In this document: positions 56,513 to 64,000 of the stretch, one piece after another | Position numbering within the stretch: the stretch's first letter is position 1 | Layout of the letters: every line of letters begins with the position of its first letter | Assembly (NCBI GenBank): GCA_016183325.1 | Contig: JACPEV010000008.1 | Span: forward strand, 472-64,471 | Direction of reading: 5' to 3' | DNA length: 64,000 bases | DNA from: Candidatus Curtissbacteria bacterium | GTDB lineage: Bacteria; Patescibacteriota; Microgenomatia; Curtissbacterales; GWA2-41-24 | Program-made: the position numbers and the translations under genes | The notes under the pieces: model-generated | Seen by the model: only the letters and a program-made list of their open reading frames with translations | Database searches by the model: none | Told to the model about the DNA's origin: nothing

Positions 56513-58323
56513 AGTTTGACAATCAATTCTTTGTCGGTTGTTAGCGGGAAGGGTTTTTGTTTTTTGCCGAAGGCGTCGATTTCGTAAGTTGGACCCGCTG
56601 TTCCGGGCTGTTTTTGCATTAGGAGTTTATAAACTTTGTCCGCTTTAATGGGAACTGTGTATTCAATCTCAATTTTGCCGGTGCCTTCCGGACGCAGGGT
56701 GAAAAAACCTTCAAAAACGATTTTACCAAGATCTTCAGTTGCCGTAATTGGTACTTCAGTCCCTGATGCTTTTATAAGGCTCGAACCTTTCGGCACGTAG
56801 ATTCTGATCCAATCCCTATAAATTCCTGCTAAACAAAGACCACCTTTTCTCTCGAGTGAACAATTGTCCATGCGTCTGGGGTATTTATATTCGATGGTTA
56901 GAGTTTTGTGGATATTGCCGTCTTTATCTTTTTTGGCCACCTGCCTAACCTTTTGTTGTATATAAAGATTGCTTTTGGCACCGCCAAGATTAGCCTCGTT
57001 GATGTTTAAATAATCGCCATCATATTCGTAAAGCCGACCGGCAAAATTGATGCGCTCGACAGCTTCTTGAGACTGGGAATCGTGGAAGTATAAAAGCAGA
57101 TGTTTTTGTCTGAGAGAATCAATGGCAGTCCCCAAGAGATTTGGCCAGGTCGATTTGGGAGCATTAAAAGCTTGATCCATCATTTGTTGCATCAAAACCC
57201 CAATGATGCCTTTTCTGGAACCTTTTTCGTAGGCCACCGGCTCGTCGGCAAACTTTTCCAGCTCGTAAATGATTTGCGGACAATCACAAACGTCGACTTT
57301 ATCGGTGGTAAATTTGGTGCCATAGGCTTCGATAGGACCTAAGACTTCCATCATACTTAAAACAAACTGCGTATCGAGTGCGATGATACCGTCAATAACT
57401 TTTTTATCGCCAGCGGCCTCATAGAGCTTTTCAAATTGTTTCATGGAAGCAAAAAAGTCGGGAGACCAATTGGAATCGCGTAAATTAAGATTGGAAACGT
57501 TAAGATATGTGGCAATTGGCCCGGGGGGAGGAACTCTTTTTAATAAAGTGTTGTCTAAATTGTAAATGTCATTTGATCCCTCTGAAGCAATAGTGCCCTT
57601 GTTGATTCTGAAAACGGCATAAGCGGTGATAAAACCACCGGTGGGGCGCAGTTCTTTGTCGTTCTGAAAAAGGATGAGGTATTTCTTTTCTTTTTGCTGA
57701 CCCATAATTTCCGGTAGAACTAAAAGGAGAGGCTTGGTATCAACCACCAGAGACTCAAGTTGATCGACAGTTTGTTTTGCCTGCGCAAGCAAAGTACCAG
57801 GTTTACCTGGCAAGAAATTGGGGTAACGCCAAGATTCAATTCTATCGATTTGATCTCTGGCTTTTTGAAGACTTTTGCCTACTTCGTCAATTTGGGGAGT
57901 AACAAGAGAGAGCGTCTCGATAGCTTTTGCCAGTCTTTCGGCAGCAGTCCCTCCCAAAAATGTGCCTTGGCCCACCAGTCCAAGAACATCGGCATAGGGA
58001 GTGATAGCATCGGCAAAAGTAATAGCCGCACCAAGTCCATCAATGGCAGCACCAATACCTCTTTGGACGTCCGCAACGTACCAACCCAAAAGCGGGACGA
58101 TTCTGAGGGGGGTAAAAACTGAAACCCACTTTTTGGTGGTATTAAACTCTTTTTTTGCATCTTTTAAATAAGCCTTAGTGGCATCCAGGTCCTGAAGTTT
58201 GGCGGCTCCGACGGCTTTTTGGGTGGTTGAGATGGCGCGCTTGGCAGAGAAAACGGTGAGGATGGCAAAAATACCGTAGAATACTACTAATATTAAGATA
58301 ATTAAGGTTATTCTTTTTCTCAT
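56509..58323 (-). CDS. DUF4012 domain membrane-anchored protein
   Basis: YLILFQN..ELRPTGGF, RDSNWSPDF, IDGIIA.D, N.GGAK. Confidence 0.88.
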   Translation of the reverse strand: MRKRITLIILILVVFYGIFAILTVFSAKRAISTTQKAVGAAKLQDLDATKAYLKDAKKEFNTTKKWVSVFTPLRIVPLLGWYVADVQRGIGAAIDGLGAAITFADAITPYADVLGLVGQGTFLGGTAAERLAKAIETLSLVTPQIDEVGKSLQKARDQIDRIESWRYPNFLPGKPGTLLAQAKQTVDQLESLVVDTKPLLLVLPEIMGQQKEKKYLILFQNDKELRPTGGFITAYAVFRINKGTIASEGSNDIYNLDNTLLKRVPPPGPIATYLNVSNLNLRDSNWSPDFFASMKQFEKLYEAAGDKKVIDGIIALDTQFVLSMMEVLGPIEAYGTKFTTDKVDVCDCPQIIYELEKFADEPVAYEKGSRKGIIGVLMQQMMDQAFNAPKSTWPNLLGTAIDSLRQKHLLLYFHDSQSQEAVERINFAGRLYEYDGDYLNINEANLGGAKSNLYIQQKVRQVAKKDKDGNIHKTLTIEYKYPRRMDNCSLERKGGLCLAGIYRDWIRIYVPKGSSLIKASGTEVPITATEDLGKIVFEGFFTLRPEGTGKIEIEYTVPIKADKVYKLLMQKQPGTAGPTYEIDAFGKKQKPFPLTTDKELIVKL

Positions 58324-58486
58324 AACAATTCTTGGTATTTAGAAAATAGTTACCAGAAATTGGAATTTAGTTATATGAGAGCATATTTTCTTTAAGAAAA
58401 GAGAAATTTGGAACTGGAAATTTGTTTAGGTCCATTTTCTATTATCTAATTTCCAATACTATTTTCTATTTTCCATTTACTATTTT

Positions 58487-59137
58487 CTATATTGCTCCCC
58501 TAGCGGTAATCATGGCAATTGGTGTTTTTAAAATAATCCATAAATCATAAAGGATCGATCGTTTCTTGATATAGGCGGCATCCATGACAACACGTTTGTC
58601 AAAATTGATAAAAGATCTTCCAGAAACTTGCCAAGGACCGGAAGCACCGGGCCGAGCCTGAAGAATTATTCTAACGTATTTTGCTGTTTTAGGGTAAACT
58701 TTCTGCTGATGCGCAAGCTCATCCGCTTGATATGCCCGGGGGCCAACAAGAGACATATGACCCATTAGGACATTGATTAGTTGAGGCAGTTCGTCAAAAG
58801 AAAACTTTCTTAAAAATTTGCCGACAGGGGTAATTCTGGGATCATTTTGCAGCTTGTAACTGTTGAGCTGATATTCTTTCATCAACTTTGGATTACTTTC
58901 TAGATATTTTTCGGCATGAACCAGTTCGCCTTTGATTTCATACATGTACATACTTCTAAACTTAAGCATTTTAAAAAGCTTGCCACCTTTGCCTACTCTT
59001 TGAGGACCATAAAGAACTGGGCCTTTTGAGGTGAGTTTAATAAGAATCGAGACGATGATAAAGATTGGCGAAAAGACGAACAGGGCAACGGTGCTGCCGA
59101 TAATATCGATAGTACGTTTCAGGGAATCGTAAAGCAT
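58487..59137 (-). CDS. Priming sugar transferase (Bac_transf)
   Basis: KR.IDI, FKMLKFRSM, DPRIT.VG.FLRK.S.DELPQL.NV..G.MSLVGPR. Confidence 0.95.
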   Translation of the reverse strand: MLYDSLKRTIDIIGSTVALFVFSPIFIIVSILIKLTSKGPVLYGPQRVGKGGKLFKMLKFRSMYMYEIKGELVHAEKYLESNPKLMKEYQLNSYKLQNDPRITPVGKFLRKFSFDELPQLINVLMGHMSLVGPRAYQADELAHQQKVYPKTAKYVRIILQARPGASGPWQVSGRSFINFDKRVVMDAAYIKKRSILYDLWIILKTPIAMITARGAI

Positions 59138-59245
59138 ATCTTTGGAATTTCTAATTTCTAATTTATCTAATTAACCTAAATTTGTTTGACTCTTGACTCA
59201 TTGGGAATTGTTTAGAAATTAGAATAATTAGACAAATTAGGTTAA

Positions 59246-60349
59246 TTACAAATACTGCTCTTTTTTCTCTTCTTTTAACTTTTCAATTATTTTTTTGACA
59301 TCATGAGTTCTGTCTTTTGTGCAAACAAGTAGAGCATCCTCTGTATCAACTACAATAAGACCTTCGAGGCCGATAGCTGCTATTATTTTTTTGTCCGTTG
59401 ATGAATAGATTAAACAATCTTTCAGATCAAGATCAACAACATTCCCCTGCAGAATATTTTCCCGGGGCTGTGAGGACATTTCTTCTTTTAATTCGTCCCA
59501 AGTCCCGACGTCTCTCCATCCAAGATCAGCTGAGATTACAACTTGATCTGTTCCTGTAAGATGAGAGTTGATGGCATAATCAATCGAATTTTTGGGAATT
59601 TTTTCGTATTCTTTTTGAATAACCGCCTGCTGCTGATGTGTCCCCCAAGCCTTCTGGATTTTCATCAAAGCCTCCCAACCCTCTTTGAAATGTTTTTCGT
59701 AAAGGTTCAGCATTTTTTGGGCACTCCAGACAGAATATCCAATATGCCAAAGGTATTCCCATGACTGGACAAATTTTTTGGCCGTCTTGTAATCGGGTTT
59801 TTCAATCTGGCTGACGAATTCAAAAATGGCTAGACCATCGTCGCTTTTAAGCATTTTCCCAACCTTCAAATAACCTAAGGCGATGCTGGGGAGAGTTGGG
59901 CGGACTCCGATTTCCACAAATTTGTCCATCTCCTTGACAGCTTTATCGGCAAGCCGTATAGCCTTTAAAAATTCCTGTTCGTTTCTAACTACATGATCGC
60001 TCCAAAGCCCCAGTACATTAGGATTATCAAATTTTTTATCTAGAACTGCGGCTGATAAGCCAACGGCGGCGGCTGTATCGCGCATTTGGGGCTCAATGAT
60101 GATATTCTCAAGGGGAATAGCTGGAGCTAGCTTAACAATCCATTGTACGTTATCACGCGTTGTAACCGGAAAGATATCATGCATTTGAAATTCAGGTTTA
60201 AGACGGTTGATCATCATTTCAAATGTAGATTCGCCTTCTATTAACGGCTGAAACTGCTTGGGTAAATTTCTGCGGCTCATTGGCCACATGCGAGTTCCGC
60301 TGCCGCCACAGAAAAGAGCAATTTTTAAATCTTTATGAGAATTTTGCAT
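59246..60349 (-). CDS. manC: Mannose-1-phosphate guanylyltransferase
   Basis: CGGSGTRMWPMSR..PKQF, EP..RDTA, SDH, EKP, SIDYA, W.DVG.W. Confidence 0.9.
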   Translation of the reverse strand: MQNSHKDLKIALFCGGSGTRMWPMSRRNLPKQFQPLIEGESTFEMMINRLKPEFQMHDIFPVTTRDNVQWIVKLAPAIPLENIIIEPQMRDTAAAVGLSAAVLDKKFDNPNVLGLWSDHVVRNEQEFLKAIRLADKAVKEMDKFVEIGVRPTLPSIALGYLKVGKMLKSDDGLAIFEFVSQIEKPDYKTAKKFVQSWEYLWHIGYSVWSAQKMLNLYEKHFKEGWEALMKIQKAWGTHQQQAVIQKEYEKIPKNSIDYAINSHLTGTDQVVISADLGWRDVGTWDELKEEMSSQPRENILQGNVVDLDLKDCLIYSSTDKKIIAAIGLEGLIVVDTEDALLVCTKDRTHDVKKIIEKLKEEKKEQYL

Positions 60350-61637
60350 ACTTTGTGACTTGAAGTTTAAGTTTGCTGACGAACTCAGCTTGCGAAAATC
60401 TTAGAGTGTTATTTCTACAGGCTGTGCTATTCCATTTTACCTTACTTGCCCTAATAATTGCATCTTGAAGAGATATTGCGCTTTGGTCGCTGAAAAAAAG
60501 ACCTGTTTGCCCTTCAATTATGATTTCTCTAACTCCGCCTTTACTGTAAGCGATAACCGGCAGACCACAAGCTTGGGCCTCAACTGCGGCAATGCCAAAA
60601 TCTTCTTCCTGCGTTACGATTAACGCCTTGGCATTTTGATAAAGGTTGCGAAGTTGTTCCTTAGAAACAGCACCAAGAAACTCGATATCGTTTGTTATTG
60701 TTCGAGCTTGTCGAGAACTTACCTTATTCCCTTCTGTCATTCCGAACTTGTCTGATTTTATCGACCCGAATGGGTTTCGGAATCTTAGCGTAGATCCTGA
60801 AACGAGTTCAGGATGACGTGGCGTGGTATGGTAACTTCTCGACTCCCCTGCACCATACGGTGCAGGGTCGCTCAAAGAATAATTAAGTGAAGATGTATTC
60901 TTGGCTATATTTTGCAGCCTCCTCTCGTCCGGTCCGGTTCCCACAATTTTGAGGTTAACTTTAAGAACTTGGGCCGCTTTTATGGCAATTTCTACTTTTT
61001 TCCACTTCACCAGTCTCGTGACGATTAGAAAAAAATCATTTGACCGTTTACCTTTGGTCGCTTGGAAAAAATCTGTATCGACTGCGGGGTAAACCACTTC
61101 ACTATCTATACCGTAATGTTCTTTGACTAGTTGGGCGACATTTTTGGAATTGGCAATATAGCGATCTACTCTGGTTGAGGCAATTTTATCCCATTTCTCA
61201 AGCCATTTAAGAAGCGGAGAAAAAAGTATTCTTAAAATTTGGGGCAAATATTCCATTTTGGCTTTTTCACTCCAGAGGAATCTGGGAACGCTATTGATAT
61301 AGCAGATATGGAGAGTTTTAGGTTTGGTAATAATACCTTTGGCAAATCTGGTTGTTGATGAGATAACCAGATCAAAATCGTTGAAATTGAAACTCTCAAA
61401 GGCAATTGGGTAAAGCGGCAGGAGAAATTTATACCACTTTCGCGCAATAGCGTATTTTTGGAATATTTGCAGGAATGAGGGTCGGACCCTATTTCGGCTT
61501 ATTGTGGCGGGCAGTTTATTCCAATCAACAAGCGAGGTATAGATAGGAGCCTCGGACCAAATTTGAGCAATTGCGGCAAACAAATTCTCCGCTCCCCCAC
61601 TTTGGATGAAGTCATCGTGGACGAGGGCAATTTTCAT
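60333..61637 (-). CDS. GT4 glycosyltransferase with ~65-aa palindrome-derived insertion
   Basis: MKIALVHD...GGAE, EDFGI..VEAQACG.PVIA. Confidence 0.92.
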   Translation of the reverse strand: MKIALVHDDFIQSGGAENLFAAIAQIWSEAPIYTSLVDWNKLPATISRNRVRPSFLQIFQKYAIARKWYKFLLPLYPIAFESFNFNDFDLVISSTTRFAKGIITKPKTLHICYINSVPRFLWSEKAKMEYLPQILRILFSPLLKWLEKWDKIASTRVDRYIANSKNVAQLVKEHYGIDSEVVYPAVDTDFFQATKGKRSNDFFLIVTRLVKWKKVEIAIKAAQVLKVNLKIVGTGPDERRLQNIAKNTSSLNYSLSDPAPYGAGESRSYHTTPRHPELVSGSTLRFRNPFGSIKSDKFGMTEGNKVSSRQARTITNDIEFLGAVSKEQLRNLYQNAKALIVTQEEDFGIAAVEAQACGLPVIAYSKGGVREIIIEGQTGLFFSDQSAISLQDAIIRASKVKWNSTACRNNTLRFSQAEFVSKLKLQVTKYAKFS

Positions 61638-61745
61638 TTGTAAAGATTATATATCAGCCTTGAACTTCGCTCAATCTGATATATGTCGCTCTGCGAAGCA
61701 GAGGAAGACATATCAGCGATGCTAAATTGGTGTATAATTGTTTTT

Positions 61746-61943
61746 ATGGCAATCGACTGGACCAAAATATTTCAAAAGTATAAAGGTAAGTGGGTGGCAC
61801 TAAAAGACGATGAAAAGACTGTTGTAGCTAGTGGCAGCACTGCAAAAGAAGCTTGGGACAGGGCACAAAGCAAAGGTTTTAAGAAACCAATTCTAAGTCG
61901 TATGCCCACCAAACTCATTCCCTATGTTGGCTTCGGGGTATGA
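61746..61943 (+). CDS. DUF5678 family protein
   Basis: KYKGKWVAL..DEKTVVASG; TATAAT 7 nt before ATG. Confidence 0.85.
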   Translation: MAIDWTKIFQKYKGKWVALKDDEKTVVASGSTAKEAWDRAQSKGFKKPILSRMPTKLIPYVGFGV

Positions 61944-62335
61944 AATTTCGCTATAAGAAATACGGCCCTCAAGTTCTGCGTCCAGTTATTCCAATCGAAG
62001 TTATCTATGAAAGTATAGCTGTACCATATGAAGTTCTAGTTGATTCGGGCGCAGATTCTAACATTTTTGATGCTCAAATTGCTCAGATTTTAGGCTTAGA
62101 TTTACTTCTAGGGAAGCATGCTGAAGTTTCTGGAATCACTGGAGTCGAAGAATCTATGTATATTCACAATCTCGATCTATTGGTTGGTGGTCATTTATTT
62201 AAGAATGTGGAGGTTGGTTTTCTTAAACATATGGGGCATCTTGGTTACGGTGTCGTTGGGCAAAAAGGCTTCTTTGATTTATTCGTGGTGAAATTTGACT
62301 TAAAGAAAGAAATTATTGAATTAAAGCCTCGGTAA
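61940..62335 (+). CDS. Retropepsin-like aspartyl protease
   Basis: RPVIPI, LVDSGAD, VGQKGFF; ATGA overlap. Confidence 0.87.
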   Translation: MKFRYKKYGPQVLRPVIPIEVIYESIAVPYEVLVDSGADSNIFDAQIAQILGLDLLLGKHAEVSGITGVEESMYIHNLDLLVGGHLFKNVEVGFLKHMGHLGYGVVGQKGFFDLFVVKFDLKKEIIELKPR

Positions 62336-62441
62336 GTGCTTTTCGGATTTCTCTTCTTAATTCTTGCTTCGCTTTTGTATCAGTTTGCTTCCATTTCTTG
62401 TCGGGTTTACAAAGGCCACAAGTAGATTTTCTTTTGACCAT
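62313..62441 (-). CDS. Small basic CxxC protein (42 aa)
   Basis: MVKRKSTCGLCKPDKKWKQTDTKAKQELRREIRKALTEALIQ*; below the ORF-track cutoff. Confidence 0.5.
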   Translation of the reverse strand: MVKRKSTCGLCKPDKKWKQTDTKAKQELRREIRKALTEALIQ

Positions 62442-62775
62442 AAGAAAATATATTAACACACATTATGATTATTGTTTTATGATTATTGTTCGAACTTAAT
62501 GAGAACTTTCCTGACTTCACTTTAATGATTTAAATCATTAAAGTATTCAGCTTTAAAAACCATCACTGCTTGTGACATATCATAAACAATGATGGTAAGC
62601 CGACGTTGGAATTTTGAGGTCTTCGACTCTGAGGAATGAGCCCTCAGGCTCAGACTCGAGCGAGCTAATTTGAGGCTAAAATTCAAACTTGTCGAAAATT
62701 GTCAATTTGTAATTTTAGGCACGGGGGAATTTTGAAACTATCCTGTAGTTCTCTTTTTACAGGTTACTAAAACGG

Positions 62776-64000
62776 TTATTTTAATATAGAGATTTTTAAA
62801 CTTTCTGTATCAATGCTAACTTTTGGTCTTGCATTTTCATCATTTAATGTTAAGACATTTTGTTGTTTGCGAAGAGTCCACTTGTCTAGTGAGAAGAAAC
62901 TATTGTTTGCTGAATCTGATTTAAATACAGAGTTGAAATCTTTCAAAATTTTTGCATTTTTTAAATCGAGTAACCAGATTTTAGATTCGCCACAGAAGCT
63001 AGAAGGACCACATCCAGAGTCGATAACTACTCCTAATAGGCTCTCGGGGTCTATAAGCAAATTAATTGTTCCTTGGTTAATTGAATGTGGACTTCCTCCT
63101 TCAATATTTTTACCAAGTTTTATATAAAGTTCGGGAATATTTAAAGAGCTGTCTAATAAGTCTACAGTGGCATTGGTTAAAATGTATCTTTTGCCATTTA
63201 TTATGGGGGATAGAACCAGGTTGGCGCGCCCATCTAGTTGGTAGTTGCTTACTTCCCCAGATGGATTTGGCAGCGCTAATTGATTTAAGCCGTCTTGGTC
63301 AGTTTTGGTATAGTAAAAATATTGAGGAAATTGAGGTTTTAATAAATCCTCGCAATTAGTAACATATTTCACTTGCTGAGAAAATACTGTGCTCCATTGT
63401 TTAGCGGTGTAGTCATATTTCCTAATCAAACAATTATCTGTGGCTTGATCTCCTGCGTAAATACCTGCTTCGAACCCACCTTGTACTAGTTTAATACCTC
63501 CACGAAAGTCTAACCTTGTCTCTCCTTGCCCACCGATGGTTTCTTCAGACGTAAACTTTCTCCAAGTCTTGGCAGCTTTATCAAAAAGTGCCAAGCCTGT
63601 ATCCAATGAGTGGCCCCAAACATAGTCCTTATCAGGCAGTATTGAACCGAGCCCGAAACTAACCCCTATTTGAGATTCAGGATAAAATGATACCTCGTTT
63701 GTTTTACTATCAATTCTACCAATTCCTTTGAAAGTTTCTATCCAAACAGTGTCGCCATCTGCAACAAGTTCGTAATTATAACCATTCTGCAATCCATCTT
63801 CTTTTGAAAAAACATGTTCTACTTTATGCGTTAGAGGGTTGATTTTGAAAACTGCGTAATGCCCAGCGTATATTTTACCTTCTAGTTGTTCGGTGTGCCC
63901 AAAAGCATCTTCTATATTGTCTATGTGGCAGGGAACAAAAATGAAATTATTCACTAAGACTAGGTTACGATCACAATTTGCTTTAATAGGGTCACTATAG
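62776..64000 (-). CDS. Beta-propeller-like extracytoplasmic protein, 5'-truncated by window edge
   Basis: Frame open to nt 64000; DGL, VW..T..G..R.D propeller-type blades. Confidence 0.7.
   Translation of the reverse strand, partial: YSDPIKANCDRNLVLVNNFIFVPCHIDNIEDAFGHTEQLEGKIYAGHYAVFKINPLTHKVEHVFSKEDGLQNGYNYELVADGDTVWIETFKGIGRIDSKTNEVSFYPESQIGVSFGLGSILPDKDYVWGHSLDTGLALFDKAAKTWRKFTSEETIGGQGETRLDFRGGIKLVQGGFEAGIYAGDQATDNCLIRKYDYTAKQWSTVFSQQVKYVTNCEDLLKPQFPQYFYYTKTDQDGLNQLALPNPSGEVSNYQLDGRANLVLSPIINGKRYILTNATVDLLDSSLNIPELYIKLGKNIEGGSPHSINQGTINLLIDPESLLGVVIDSGCGPSSFCGESKIWLLDLKNAKILKDFNSVFKSDSANNSFFSLDKWTLRKQQNVLTLNDENARPKVSIDTESLKISILK

Noticed and set aside
1-64000. tRNA, rRNA, tmRNA or RNase P genes
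   Set aside because: No cloverleaf with T-loop/D-loop consensus or rRNA-like segment was recognised by eye; a covariance search was not possible.

Overview
Chromosomal segment of a Patescibacteria/CPR bacterium (Microgenomates-like, inferred from gene content and repeat style; standard genetic code). The core is a minus-strand dcw cluster (mraZ-rsmH-ftsL-ftsI ... metK with SAM-I riboswitch ... murE, GlmU-N/MurC fusion, murB, murA, ddl, murF, mraY, murL, murD2, ftsW, murG, ftsQ, ftsA, ftsZ), plus purF, glyQS, recO and surface-glycan genes. Two accessory regions stand out. (1) A ~10 kb island (40.8-51.0 kb) sits between diverged copies of the glyQS 3' end. It encodes a SNF2-like helicase-methyltransferase fusion and five otherwise dissimilar proteins, most built from repeats, that all end in the same C-terminal tag (ISPDEANEQLxxLLE). 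They lie in two operons that share a near-identical promoter and a 25-bp upstream box, making this a candidate undescribed modular system. (2) Downstream of ftsZ (5.7-13.6 kb) is a tandem array of units. Each has a palindromic site, a different toxin-antitoxin pair, and a copy of the FtsZ C-terminal peptide (IPTFLRQIR*), with cargo genes in between. The window also holds many MITE/REP-like palindromes, several inserted in frame in housekeeping genes, and three DUF5678/aspartyl-protease pairs. No rRNA, tRNA, CRISPR array or integrase was recognised. All calls come from reading the sequence only; no database searches were run.
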